NCBI GenBank assembly: GCA_038108555.1
Contig: JAYNIA010000003.1
Coordinates: 70,381-134,380, forward strand
Reading direction: 5' to 3'
DNA: 64,000 bases
From: Nitrospinota bacterium
Lineage (GTDB): Bacteria; Nitrospinota; Nitrospinia; Nitrospinales; VA-1
Shown piece by piece: positions 9,642 through 19,375 of the stretch (position 1 is the stretch's first letter; the number at the start of each line of letters is the position of its first letter). Both the position numbers and the translations under genes were made by a program. The notes below the pieces were generated by a model that ran no database searches, was not told the origin of the DNA, and saw only the letters and a list, made by a program, of their open reading frames with translations.

Positions 9642-9959
9642 TCAATTTATTGCGTTATGGCCTAGTTTCATAAACTCGAGCTTGTCATCCAACGTCATGG
9701 ACATGGAATTGATTCTTTCATCTATATCTTCCCTTACACGTCTTTTCAGGATTTCCATCAATTTTTCTTTCCAATTTTCTTGTTGACGGAGCTGCATATA
9801 GAAATCTGATCGGAGGGTTATGGATTTAACAAATGCCAGGCTGCCATCCTTAAAAAATACACGTACTGGAAAATTTTGACGCTGACCTATTTCCTGAATT
9901 TCCTCTACATCTATTTGAAACGAAAAATCCCCGGGAGTGCAGTTCTTCCAATCCAACAT
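9642..9959 (-). CDS. Hypothetical protein within the tail operon
   Basis: 105 aa ORF, AGGAG RBS, tightly spaced with neighbours. Confidence 0.6.
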   Translation of the reverse strand: MLDWKNCTPGDFSFQIDVEEIQEIGQRQNFPVRVFFKDGSLAFVKSITLRSDFYMQLRQQENWKEKLMEILKRRVREDIDERINSMSMTLDDKLEFMKLGHNAIN

Positions 9960-9968
9960 CTTTATCTC

Positions 9969-10349
9969 CTATTGTTTATGCAATTCTATCGAACCTGAGT
10001 ACTTTCCAAATACAACCAACTGAAAATCAAAAGCGTTCATCCATCTGACCGTGTGGAGGTTAGCCTCCCTATCTTCAAATTCAAAAAGCTCAAATGACTT
10101 TTTAACCGTTTCAAAAAAACTCAATGCAGCATTCCGTTCGCTTTGACTTATATTGCTGAATAAAAACAGGAACGTTTCACGCTTTACCCCTTTTTCCTGA
10201 ATATAGATAGTCCCACCAGAAGTAACAGCCTTAATCTGTTCAGGAAAGTCAACCGGTTCAATGGCTGGATAATCGGGCATTTTTGTAGGAACCCATTGAG
10301 CTATCGGGGATACTTTTGTAGGAAAATAAAAACCAAAACTCATGAACAA
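9969..10349 (-). CDS. Putative distal tail (Dit-like) protein
   Basis: Directly after the tape measure gene; size and aromatic beta pattern (FEFED...HTVRW) typical of Dit-like proteins. Confidence 0.55.
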   Translation of the reverse strand: MFMSFGFYFPTKVSPIAQWVPTKMPDYPAIEPVDFPEQIKAVTSGGTIYIQEKGVKRETFLFLFSNISQSERNAALSFFETVKKSFELFEFEDREANLHTVRWMNAFDFQLVVFGKYSGSIELHKQ

Positions 10350-10441
10350 ACTCCAATTAATGCTATCCGCTTGCGAGTAAAAGGATTAAAACTATTTTTT
10401 CTGGATGGAGCGAAGGAAAGGTTGATTCTAAAGTTTAATAT

Positions 10442-11206
10442 TTATTTTGATCTTCTTCTTTCAAGGCGGCGCAACTCATCCTGCAATTGAACGGCAAGCT
10501 GGCGAAAATTCTGTCGACTCATGTTGGAAGGGCTCACAGAATCAGGAAGATTTAAATTGATATTTACATTTTTAATTGCCATTCCGGTGGTGTTACCCAA
10601 CCTTCTTTCTTCAGCTTGGGTTTTATTTAGAACGGCTTCATCTTTGTATATTATTGCCAACATATCCCTGGGAACGCGGTCAATCCCAGTGGAAAACGCC
10701 TTTAATGAGCCAAAAGTATCAAATCCCCCGGGGTTGACTGAAGTCCCATCAAAGGCACCTGGGTTTGCTGAAGATTCGTCTTTATCTATATCAAAATCAC
10801 TATCGTTTGAACCTTTAGAGCCAATTTTTTTAACTTTTATTTTTTGAATAATGGGCTTTGAAAAAGTTTTTTCGATTTTCTTTCGAATTTCCAAGGCCTC
10901 TTCTGTTGCTTTATCTACCAATTCAAGGTGTAGCAAAAATGGATTTTGAGCTTGAAAACTCCTCAATAACACTTCGATCTCCCTCAATTGATCGCGAACA
11001 TTTGGAGGTAAAATTTGAAACTCAATTGGTTCGGCGTTTTCTAGATCTTTTAATAAATCAGCAATTACTTTAAATCCTTTATCATTTTGAACGCGATTAA
11101 TCCCTTCCAATGCCTTTTTGTAGTTTTCAAGGGATTTTTGGGCTGATTCAGTAAACTGATCCTCAAACCTAACAACAATTTTAGTGTTTACAGTTGTTGA
11201 AACCAT
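10442..11206 (-). CDS. Short tape measure protein (254 aa)
   Basis: Follows the chaperone pair; N-terminal IVVRFEDQFT; helical middle; C-terminal FSTGIDRVPRDMLAIIYKDEAVL motif typical of tape measure C-termini. Confidence 0.7.
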   Translation of the reverse strand: MVSTTVNTKIVVRFEDQFTESAQKSLENYKKALEGINRVQNDKGFKVIADLLKDLENAEPIEFQILPPNVRDQLREIEVLLRSFQAQNPFLLHLELVDKATEEALEIRKKIEKTFSKPIIQKIKVKKIGSKGSNDSDFDIDKDESSANPGAFDGTSVNPGGFDTFGSLKAFSTGIDRVPRDMLAIIYKDEAVLNKTQAEERRLGNTTGMAIKNVNINLNLPDSVSPSNMSRQNFRQLAVQLQDELRRLERRRSK

Positions 11207-11232
11207 AAAGAAGTACCAGAAATCATTTAATT

Positions 11233-11502
11233 TTAATACGGTTGCGATTTATTTAATCGAAAATTATCCATAAAAGCCATTGCTTTCCATTCAAAAATAC
11301 TTAGATCATTCTTTTCGAAAGGATATCCAGCCTTTTTTAGCAAGTACATAGTTTCCAGAGTCCCGACCCATGTTCGAAATTCATGAGGGTAGTTTTCAAG
11401 AATTTTTTGTGCCGGATGATTCAGGATATTCCATTCGGGGTTTTCAGTTTCTTCATAAACACGGCTTAAAAATTTCTGATACGCTACTTCCAGTTCCGGC
11501 AC
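11233..11502 (-). CDS. Tail assembly chaperone, frameshift extension (T part of gpGT)
   Basis: Lies in the -1 frame of the upstream ORF and stays open back through the slippery site at 11526-11535. Confidence 0.7.
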   Translation of the reverse strand: MPELEVAYQKFLSRVYEETENPEWNILNHPAQKILENYPHEFRTWVGTLETMYLLKKAGYPFEKNDLSIFEWKAMAFMDNFRLNKSQPY

Positions 11503-11522
11503 ATTTTCCTGAAAGTAGCCTA

Positions 11523-11918
11523 CTAGTTTTTTAAAACAGCATTTTCCATTTTTCCATTCACCCCCTCAAAAACCAGAGCTGCAGCATGCTTAAAGGATGG
11601 CAACACAAATTTTTTCCAATCAGGGGTTTTGGGGGTTAAAGGTTTTTCCATGCCCTTAACTGGGTCTGTAAAAACGGCTTCTCCAATATTGCCCTCCTTA
11701 TCCTTTACTTTTATATCCAGCAGCAACCGGTCAATAAAATCGATGCGCGCTGAGGAAGAGTGATCTTCCATCAGGTTTCCAGAGGTTCCAAATTTAAATC
11801 TCGATCTTAGAAAATTACAATATTCTTCCGATGTTGAGTTTCTTAGAATCAGAAGGACTTTAATTTCACCATAAGGGATTTCTATGTTTACAGTCCCGGG
11901 GTTAAGATTTACTTTCAT
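11523..11918 (-). CDS. Tail assembly chaperone (gpG-like)
   Basis: Between tail tube and tape measure; ends GTT TTA AAA AAC TAG. Confidence 0.7.
   Translation of the reverse strand: MKVNLNPGTVNIEIPYGEIKVLLILRNSTSEEYCNFLRSRFKFGTSGNLMEDHSSSARIDFIDRLLLDIKVKDKEGNIGEAVFTDPVKGMEKPLTPKTPDWKKFVLPSFKHAAALVFEGVNGKMENAVLKN
11526..11535 (-). other. Programmed -1 ribosomal frameshift site
   Basis: T TTA AAA AAC contains two overlapping X XXY YYZ heptamers; the -1 frame reads LVGYFQENVPELEVAYQ into the next ORF. Confidence 0.8.
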
Positions 11919-11935
11919 CCTGGCCTCTCCATTGA

Positions 11936-12979
11936 TCAGCTTAAATAATGAGTTTGCTGGTTAATTATTTTTACAATCACCGATCCATATGTTTCATCTT
12001 CCAACACCTGAAATTCGGCATTTACAGTAACAATATCTCCATCTCTATCTTTCTTTGCTTCTTTATAAACAACTTTTGGGAAAACAATGTCACAGGAAAA
12101 ATTAAAAGTCCCCGATCCGCCTGATATAACCGACCCGGTAATGGGAATATTTAAAACATATGGGGTACCATTAATAAGTCCTGTTTTATGGGAGTCGTCT
12201 TGCATCTCCAATACAGCAGACAGACTCTGCTTGTATTTGTCACCACGTTCAACTCGCGATACAAAACCGCTTCCATCTCCCATTTCATAAATGGGATTTG
12301 CCTGATTATCAATAGTCCATTCAAAAGACTGTAAGTCTCCCTGAAACGAAACCGGTGAACCCCCTACCGAAAGATCCCCTGCTGCAACGGAACCTGTGAG
12401 AGAACCGCCGCGAGTAAAATTCACATCGCCGTATCGGAGGTAAGATTCTCCGACAACCGTGGGTTTTAAATCAGAACTGAATTCTTCTTTTCCCATCCCT
12501 CCAAATTGAGCTTCCAGCTTTACAAAATCTCCCCTTTCACCACTTACTTTTACGGACTTGCCAAATAACCCGGTAAACCGTTTTGCTGCTATTCCATCAT
12601 ATTCCACCATTGTCAGCGAGGGCAGGTTGATGTTATCCAAATCTCTTTCTATAAAATGCCGGTAAACGGTTGGATCATTGATATTATCCGGTTGATCTGT
12701 GGTCACCTTTCCCATAACCAGGGAAAGAAAATGAGCCAGGTTGTGGGGCATGGCGCGTTGTTGGTGACTTCCATCTAACTTCCAATTCAAAATTTCCTGG
12801 ATTGCGGGTTCATTGAGCCCCGTTACCTCATTTTCATCAGTTTGAACTTCATTTGGATGAAGATCGGTAATGGGCCCTTCAAAATTGAATGCTGTTCCCA
12901 GGGTAGCTGTATTCCCATAAGAAGATTCTTTAATTATAGAAAATACGCGCCACCCAGTAGTTATTCTTTTGGTTGCCAT
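11936..12979 (-). CDS. Major tail tube protein (siphovirus-type)
   Basis: 347 aa; KESSYG N-terminal motif, beta-rich; position between the terminator and chaperone genes; no sheath gene present. Confidence 0.75.
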   Translation of the reverse strand: MATKRITTGWRVFSIIKESSYGNTATLGTAFNFEGPITDLHPNEVQTDENEVTGLNEPAIQEILNWKLDGSHQQRAMPHNLAHFLSLVMGKVTTDQPDNINDPTVYRHFIERDLDNINLPSLTMVEYDGIAAKRFTGLFGKSVKVSGERGDFVKLEAQFGGMGKEEFSSDLKPTVVGESYLRYGDVNFTRGGSLTGSVAAGDLSVGGSPVSFQGDLQSFEWTIDNQANPIYEMGDGSGFVSRVERGDKYKQSLSAVLEMQDDSHKTGLINGTPYVLNIPITGSVISGGSGTFNFSCDIVFPKVVYKEAKKDRDGDIVTVNAEFQVLEDETYGSVIVKIINQQTHYLS

Positions 12980-13036
12980 AAAATAATCCTCGAACTGTAT
13001 AGGAAGAACATCCTTCCCTTATTATTTTTTGAATTA

Positions 13037-13507
13037 TTAGAAAGAGGAGATTAATTCTATTTGTGCGGTGATCGTCGAAATAAAATAATAATATTCACCT
13101 TTTTTGAATTGTTCCTCCGTGGTACTTACATTATTGACGAAGGCATCTATTCCCAAGTTATTTGTTGAGCTTTTTTGTTTTTCTAAAACTCGTTCAATGT
13201 TTTGAACCAATGAAAGGTTATCCTCCATCCCCATTTGTGCGTTTCGATGCCGGGTTATTGCAACCACCTGAGCTGAAACTGTTTCTTTTATTTCATTGGT
13301 GGTTTGGATTTCCTGCTGCTTCCCCTCTGAATTTGGCAAAATCGCCAGGGCAGGTAGGTCATTAGGAGCATAGAAAAGAGAATCTTTTTCATTTTGGATT
13401 GAAAACCCGCGTTTAAAAGTTTCTATGGTTTGAACGTTATTGGTTATCCATGGATCGTTTTCCAATGTGGTTTTGATGCCATTCGCTAAAGCTGCATAAT
13501 CAGTCAC
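13037..13507 (-). CDS. Putative tail terminator/completion protein
   Basis: Position immediately before the tail tube; 156 aa; DLPALAILP motif. Confidence 0.55.
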   Translation of the reverse strand: MTDYAALANGIKTTLENDPWITNNVQTIETFKRGFSIQNEKDSLFYAPNDLPALAILPNSEGKQQEIQTTNEIKETVSAQVVAITRHRNAQMGMEDNLSLVQNIERVLEKQKSSTNNLGIDAFVNNVSTTEEQFKKGEYYYFISTITAQIELISSF

Positions 13508-13524
13508 AAATTTTCCTCCAAAAG

Positions 13525-14007
13525 CTAAATTTGCTTTGTTCCAAATTCTTTTTTAAGAGCCTTTTCCATTTTTGTTTTGGCCTGAAGTGAAGCAGTTTCA
13601 ACTGCATTTCCCAAAACTCTAAAAGGGGGTGTGCCAGGATGGTTGAATTGTTTTACAGGATGCTTGGCCCCCGGCCAGAACAAATATTTCTTTTTCCTGG
13701 CTCGAATAATATGAGGTCGGCTTCCAAATTCAAGAATTGGAGCGATAGGAGAATTGCTTTTCAAATATCCAGTAGAAAAAGATAGGGCATCTCCTTCTAT
13801 AAATTCAGAATGAATAGATTGAAAATATTTTCCCGTTCTCATTCTGGGTTTTTTATCCTGGGAAAGAATTCGTTCCTTTGCAATACTTTCAGATTGATTT
13901 ATTAACATGCGACCCATTTCTCGGGCTGCATTTTGGACCCCAAAGGACAAACTCTCTAGCCATTTCCATAATCTTTCAAAGGATTTTATTTTATTATTAA
14001 TGAACAT
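13525..14007 (-). CDS. HK97 gp10-like neck/tail component
   Basis: RTGKYFQSI, APILEFGSRPH, HPGTPPF motifs. Confidence 0.75.
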   Translation of the reverse strand: MFINNKIKSFERLWKWLESLSFGVQNAAREMGRMLINQSESIAKERILSQDKKPRMRTGKYFQSIHSEFIEGDALSFSTGYLKSNSPIAPILEFGSRPHIIRARKKKYLFWPGAKHPVKQFNHPGTPPFRVLGNAVETASLQAKTKMEKALKKEFGTKQI

Positions 14008-14015
14008 AATATTAT

Positions 14016-14651
14016 TTAGAGCTGGACTAATCGATAAGGTTCCCAGAGCATCTTAACCAATGGTGGAAGAGGTATTCGGTTCATTTCCAATAACCCCGGG
14101 GTCGATTCATCGGATTCAAATAGTTTGGATTTATTGGAAAAAATAAGTTTTATCCAATGCAGCATTCCCTGTTTGATTCCTTCTGGAACATCGCTTACTA
14201 AAGATCCGTAGCCAGAAACAAACTCAATTTCAACGGAGCTAAATTTCCTAAGGCTTGTAGGCCAAGAACTATTTTCATTTAAGGCTATCCTTCCAGGAGA
14301 AGGAGCCGTATCGACAAAATAGTTTTCCGCATCAAAAACAGAAGCAATATTTCCCGTATCGTAGGTCTTGATAAAAACAACGGATTGAATGGGTGGCCTT
14401 GGGATAACAATTATTCGCTCATTCAAATTGCCTGACCTGCCTTCACATCTAAAAGGAAGATGGTCAAGCCATAGTGTCCAAGTTTGGGTAATAAAGGATC
14501 TTCCGGTCCATTCTTCAGCCCGTTGGCGAACCGCAGTAATCATCGAAGATATTAAGTCGTCATTGTTTCCATCATCAATCCGCAGATGATTTTTCGCTTC
14601 CACCAATGAAACCGGTTCAATAGAAGGTTGGGTTTTTATTTTTAGAGCCAT
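14016..14651 (-). CDS. Head-tail connector/adaptor (gp6-like)
   Basis: EPVSLVEAKNHLRID...AEEWTGRSFITQTW...GYG...VPEGIKQGML...PYR. Confidence 0.88.
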   Translation of the reverse strand: MALKIKTQPSIEPVSLVEAKNHLRIDDGNNDDLISSMITAVRQRAEEWTGRSFITQTWTLWLDHLPFRCEGRSGNLNERIIVIPRPPIQSVVFIKTYDTGNIASVFDAENYFVDTAPSPGRIALNENSSWPTSLRKFSSVEIEFVSGYGSLVSDVPEGIKQGMLHWIKLIFSNKSKLFESDESTPGLLEMNRIPLPPLVKMLWEPYRLVQL

Positions 14652-14666
14652 AATTTGTTGATCAAC

Positions 14667-14861
14667 TTATTTTCCGGTTTTTGTTCTTTTATTTTCTGGA
14701 GCTTTTCCCAGATTTTTAGATTGAATCTTTTTTGCCCAGCGTTTGCGAAGAAAAACCTTGGCCAACTCTTCTGGAAGATCAACGGTATCTTCTGCGCAAT
14801 AGGTGAAAACAGAGATACCATCGGGGGAACCCTGGCGAGTTTTCAACATTTTAATTTTCAT
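14667..14861 (-). CDS. Small phage head-associated protein (64 aa)
   Basis: Small ORF between capsid and adaptor genes with the KAPENK motif often seen at this position. Confidence 0.55.
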   Translation of the reverse strand: MKIKMLKTRQGSPDGISVFTYCAEDTVDLPEELAKVFLRKRWAKKIQSKNLGKAPENKRTKTGK

Positions 14862-14885
14862 AAAGAATCCAAAAGATGAGGGTAA

Positions 14886-14912
14886 TTCCTTTCCCAGAAA
14901 ATGGGAAAGGAA
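14886..14912 (-). terminator. Stem-loop after the capsid/decoration genes
   Basis: TTCCTTTCCCA-GAAAA-TGGGAAAGGAA perfect 11-bp inverted repeat; weak U tract. Confidence 0.45.
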
Positions 14913-14922
14913 CTAAGGAATA

Positions 14923-15300
14923 TTAATTAACAGGTGCCAAGTGAGGAATGCCGCGAATTATCATCGCGGCGACCTGGGCACCGGTTGTAGCGCCGACAAC
15001 GGTTAACACCGCTCGCAGGTAGCGTTTGCTTCCCTTGTATCCAACGCGCTGATTGGTATTAGAAACCAGGTCCACCAAAGACCCTTCCTGGTCATTGGCA
15101 TTGACATCGTTCCAGTTGGAATTATCATCGGATTCCTGAATCTTTGGTGTATGAGTACCATCCGTGACCGTACCAACACTAAAAACTATGGCCGAGGCCC
15201 GGAAATCCCTGATATCGACCCCGGCACCATTTTCATCTGCAATATAGTCATCAGGATCAATTGAATTGATCGCATCAAAATTGTTTTTCATATCTTTCAT
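14923..15300 (-). CDS. Putative capsid decoration/cement protein
   Basis: Directly after the major capsid gene; IQESDDNSNW and GYKGSKRYLRAVLT motifs typical of jelly-roll decoration proteins. Confidence 0.65.
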   Translation of the reverse strand: MKDMKNNFDAINSIDPDDYIADENGAGVDIRDFRASAIVFSVGTVTDGTHTPKIQESDDNSNWNDVNANDQEGSLVDLVSNTNQRVGYKGSKRYLRAVLTVVGATTGAQVAAMIIRGIPHLAPVN

Positions 15301-15346
15301 TTGATTCTCCGTTATTTTTTTATGTATTTTTCCTTCAAAAAAACGA

Positions 15347-16543
15347 TTAGGCAGCAGTTTTCTGAATTGCGAAGGCTTCGAAATTCGTTACATCGCCCCC
15401 GGTGCGCTTCGTTGTATAAAATAAAACGAAGGGTTTTGAACTAAAGGGATCTCGAAGAACCCGCAGTCCCATTCGGTCCACAATGGTATAAGCCTGACTG
15501 AAATCACCGAAGGCAACGGACAAAGAATTTGGGGCAACCTGAGGCATATCCTCCATGCGTTCAATGGCATGACCCAATAAAGTTTGAGGTTCGCCTTCCT
15601 GAAATCCTGGCTGCCAAATATATGAACCGCTGGAATCTTTGAGTTTGGAAACTTCTTCGATCGCACTTCGAGACATCAACCATTTGGCGTTGGGTACGTA
15701 GGGACTTTTTAAAGCATAAAACAAAGTTCGCAATCCGTCGGCGGTCAAGGAGCTGGCATCTCCTGTATTGATCTGTTGAACTTCCCCTGGATTATTTGTT
15801 CCCCCTGCATAAGTGAGAATTCCCCTTGGTTTTCCAACTCCGTCACCGTTGATATAAGAAGCGTTTTCTATGCGTGACATTTTGTCCGCAATCTTCATGG
15901 ATAACCACATTTCAACATCAATTCGGGAATCATCTAACAAGGTTTGCGTGGCCTTTGGCATAGCATATAGTTCGTGGACCGGAATCCGACGAACTCCAAT
16001 TTTTGGGGTATTGGTTTCGGTTCGTGCGGCCCGTTCACTGGTCCACCCGCTGTCTGCTTCGTTTAGATCTTCCGGGATTTCAAGTGCATCCGTGGAGATC
16101 GTTTCCACCGTTGCAATATTACGCATGGGCGAAGTTTCAAAAACTTTTTGAATGGCATGCTCTGAAATTTCCGGGGTCATCCAATAACCTCCATCCGGAT
16201 CGCTATCAGAGGAAAGTAATTTCACCTCCTCTGCAGACAATAGTCCCTCCCCTTTACGCAGATAATTCGTAATGGCCTGTTTTCTGGTTTGAGAAAGTGG
16301 ATCCGAATTTTTTGTTTCATCCATAGCTATTCCCGGACGACTCAATTTAGTTTCAACTTTCTCTATCCGCTCCTTAACCTCGCTCAGATTTTGGATTTCC
16401 TTTGCAATCCGGTTGACTTGTTCCTCTAAAACAGGGTCGGCATATCCCTTTTTCTGAATTTCAGATAGACGTTGGTCATTCTTTACCCTATGTTCCAAAA
16501 ATGCCTGGTTCAGCTCTTCAACAAGTTGCTTTATTTCTTCCAT
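15347..16543 (-). CDS. HK97-fold major capsid protein
   Basis: N-terminal coiled-coil delta domain, DGGYWMTPE, GDGVGKPRGIL, FGDFSQAYTIVDR, LRDPFSSKPFVLFYTTKRTGG. Confidence 0.95.
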   Translation of the reverse strand: MEEIKQLVEELNQAFLEHRVKNDQRLSEIQKKGYADPVLEEQVNRIAKEIQNLSEVKERIEKVETKLSRPGIAMDETKNSDPLSQTRKQAITNYLRKGEGLLSAEEVKLLSSDSDPDGGYWMTPEISEHAIQKVFETSPMRNIATVETISTDALEIPEDLNEADSGWTSERAARTETNTPKIGVRRIPVHELYAMPKATQTLLDDSRIDVEMWLSMKIADKMSRIENASYINGDGVGKPRGILTYAGGTNNPGEVQQINTGDASSLTADGLRTLFYALKSPYVPNAKWLMSRSAIEEVSKLKDSSGSYIWQPGFQEGEPQTLLGHAIERMEDMPQVAPNSLSVAFGDFSQAYTIVDRMGLRVLRDPFSSKPFVLFYTTKRTGGDVTNFEAFAIQKTAA

Positions 16544-16663
16544 ATTGAACTCTCCTTAAAAAAGAAACCCCCGCCAGACCTTCCATGAAATGCCATATAT
16601 AATAATGAACCTTTTCATTATTTTTGGCCCAAACGAGGGGAATAATAGTTAATTTCTAATAGA

Positions 16664-17350
16664 TTATGAGGCTTTTACTGTACTCAATAACTGGTGAAGG
16701 GAGGCCCTTAAAACTTCAATTTCCCTGGAGTTTTCGGCTTCAACAAAGTGGGGTTTTCCCGGCCCATTTTTGCTGTTAACAAGAAGGGATTTTAAGTTGT
16801 GGATAGCTAATTCTGTTTGTTTGTGATCCATTCCAACCGCATTTTTCAAAAACTGGCCGATCATTTCTTTTTTCCCTTTGACACTGATAACCCCTGCGTG
16901 TCGATTCATGGGAAAAGTAACAACGCTATATTCGAGAAGTTGGATCTCTTTTAATCGGCGGACTTCAGGACGGTGGTGATCCGCCTCTTCTTTGATTACG
17001 CGAAAGCCAATAGACAACCCCGTTTTCCCGCCAATATTTTGAGCCATTTTCATGAGACTATGGCGTTCCCTAGCTGCGGTCACATTAAGGTCAAGTAAAC
17101 CTCTAACAAATAAACCGCGGTCATCCTCATAGGCTTCTACGTTCCAACCAATCTGGCGGGTGGGATCGTGGTGGTCGAGAATAGGGAATCGGCCCTTATT
17201 CTCTGTCAGTGTTTTTTTATAAGCGCCTTTTTCCACCACGTCGCCACCCAGATCAATAGATCCAAAGGTAGAGGCATACCCACAAAACTCACCAGAATCA
17301 TTTATTGCATCCATTTTGAATGGAAACGATTTAAACTCTTTCATAGTCAC
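16664..17350 (-). CDS. HK97-family prohead protease
   Basis: FCGYASTFG, DHHD, GLSIGF, EYSVVTFPMN. Confidence 0.93.
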   Translation of the reverse strand: MTMKEFKSFPFKMDAINDSGEFCGYASTFGSIDLGGDVVEKGAYKKTLTENKGRFPILDHHDPTRQIGWNVEAYEDDRGLFVRGLLDLNVTAARERHSLMKMAQNIGGKTGLSIGFRVIKEEADHHRPEVRRLKEIQLLEYSVVTFPMNRHAGVISVKGKKEMIGQFLKNAVGMDHKQTELAIHNLKSLLVNSKNGPGKPHFVEAENSREIEVLRASLHQLLSTVKAS

Positions 17351-17355
17351 CTTCT

Positions 17356-18540
17356 TTAAATAGAAAAGTTTTGCAAACGGGGAACCAATTTATCCCCTCC
17401 AGGCACATCATCGAATCCGACCATCCGGCGTTTTTCATTCAAAGTTAAAAAATCACTTTGATTCACACGATTCCATAAAGCCTCCTGGTCTTCAGACAAG
17501 GCTTCAATACCATCTTTATTGAAATCCAAGAAAAGGTCTTTACCGAATCGGGGAACCAGCCAATTGTTAAGCGCATCGCGTAATCGATTCAAGAAAGGAC
17601 AAACGACTTCTGTGTACAAAGCTTTCCGTGCTTCTTTACGGTTTTGATAAGTTGCCGGGCCCAAACCTATCAACTCGGGAGGTACGTTATAAACCTGAGC
17701 AACCTGCAGGGCGCTCATTTTTAATCCTTCAATCCAATCCATATCTTTTGGAGAGATACCCAACTCTTTCCATTCCAGATCCTGTTCCAATAACAAAGGG
17801 TCCCTGGCGTTATTCACTCCTTGTATCTGCCGACGCATTTCTGATTTCAATCGTTCAAACTGTTCATCGGTCAACCGTTGCTTGCAGGTCAAAGCCCCGG
17901 AGGGAACCGCCGCATTTTGTAGTAGCGACGCATTCCATTTGTCACCATTGTTTAATTTATCAATGGCTAAAGCTGCTACCTGTATTGGTGATAAACCATA
18001 CCAATCGTCCAAAGGATGAAACAATTTGAGATGAAGAATCCGTTCCGGCGAAAATTTTACCTTCCGTCCGGATACCGTATACTCGTACCCACCTACAAAA
18101 TGTATGGGATCAGGAATCACCCTCATTCGATCTGGACGCAAGGTATATAGTTCTTTGGGAGGGCTATTATGAGGTCCGATACATTCCAGATAAGCGTTGC
18201 CGGACAAATAGAAAAAGCTGGCAACCGATTCCACCCATTCAAATTTTCCCTGCAATGGATTAGGCCTTTCCATTAGATCTAGAATAGGATGCTGCAAAAC
18301 TTCCCGGCGTTCGCCATTAGGCAAATTACGAAATAGCAACCAAGGAACACCCGCAACAGCTGAGGAAATTTCTTTCACACAAGAAAATAGAACACTATTT
18401 TGTGTGAACCCTTCTTTGGCTAAAATTTCGTAATCCGTCTTGGGGGAAACTCCGTGTCCTCCAGGCAACCACAACGTCATGGCGCGGGTGGCGGTACTAC
18501 CTTTTTTTCTGATTCTTTTGAACCAATCTATTAATTTCAT
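17356..18540 (-). CDS. HK97-family portal protein
   Basis: PNPLQ, GNAY, LRPDRM, HPLDDWYGLSP, PSGAL, NVPPELIG, LTLNEKR. Confidence 0.95.
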   Translation of the reverse strand: MKLIDWFKRIRKKGSTATRAMTLWLPGGHGVSPKTDYEILAKEGFTQNSVLFSCVKEISSAVAGVPWLLFRNLPNGERREVLQHPILDLMERPNPLQGKFEWVESVASFFYLSGNAYLECIGPHNSPPKELYTLRPDRMRVIPDPIHFVGGYEYTVSGRKVKFSPERILHLKLFHPLDDWYGLSPIQVAALAIDKLNNGDKWNASLLQNAAVPSGALTCKQRLTDEQFERLKSEMRRQIQGVNNARDPLLLEQDLEWKELGISPKDMDWIEGLKMSALQVAQVYNVPPELIGLGPATYQNRKEARKALYTEVVCPFLNRLRDALNNWLVPRFGKDLFLDFNKDGIEALSEDQEALWNRVNQSDFLTLNEKRRMVGFDDVPGGDKLVPRLQNFSI

Positions 18541-18589
18541 AATTTTAAAAAACTAATATGGGAGAAAGAAAAACAAAAAAATATCCTTC

Positions 18590-19375
18590 TTAAATAACAG
18601 CAGCTATACCGGTTGGATTTGCAAACGATGAGCTGGTGTATTTTGTGTTGGGAAATTTATGTTGAGGACGCCCTTCTCTATCAATTAAAACAATCCAATC
18701 TTCTGGCTGATAGTAGGTGACCCAATAAAACCCGTTCGAGGGATCATAGGTAATCCCTTGCAACGAAGTAGGAACTGGATCCAGCTTTTCCAGGGTAACC
18801 GAATGGATAAAATTCATACCCAGATCAAAAACAAACAGGGAGTTAAAAAAATTATCGGTAATGATAATTCGTTGAAGTACCGGATCGATACACAAATCCT
18901 GAGGGCTGGCCAATCCTGATGTTGATAGATCAAAAGTCTGGATCAAACTGCCATTTCTTTGGAGATGATAAAGGTTGAAGGATGTGAGTCCGTCCGATAT
19001 TAGCCAAAGAGTAAAATCCCATGGATCAATGCAAATACCTTCAATTTGAGTTGCGGAAGGGTCGAATTGATCAATCCCAAAAGAACTTATGGGAGAACCA
19101 TTTTGGGAATCAATATTCCAAACACGAATATCGGTCGATGTTCCGCTGCTATTATTTTCGGTAGAAACCCATAGAGAATTATCCGAAGGGTCCAATGCCA
19201 ATCCATCAGGAGGTGGATTGACAGGAGAAAAAACGCTGGAGGGGATAGAGTTTCCTATTTCATTTCCCCATTTATCGACCTTAAAAATCTTTCTTGCATC
19301 GCTTGAAATTATTAAGGATCCGTTTAAAAATCTATTATTTGATACAATGGGTGACAGGCTTGAAGATTTAATCAT
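18590..19375 (-). CDS. Beta-propeller repeat protein, putative head spike fibre
   Basis: Repeats GLALDP / GICIDP / DLCIDP / GITYDP / PTGIA; start overlaps the stop of the spike-base gene. Confidence 0.55.
   Translation of the reverse strand: MIKSSSLSPIVSNNRFLNGSLIISSDARKIFKVDKWGNEIGNSIPSSVFSPVNPPPDGLALDPSDNSLWVSTENNSSGTSTDIRVWNIDSQNGSPISSFGIDQFDPSATQIEGICIDPWDFTLWLISDGLTSFNLYHLQRNGSLIQTFDLSTSGLASPQDLCIDPVLQRIIITDNFFNSLFVFDLGMNFIHSVTLEKLDPVPTSLQGITYDPSNGFYWVTYYQPEDWIVLIDREGRPQHKFPNTKYTSSSFANPTGIAAVI

Noticed and set aside
6225..13507. Tailocin or contractile injection system
   Set aside because: Full capsid, portal and terminase are present and there is no sheath gene.
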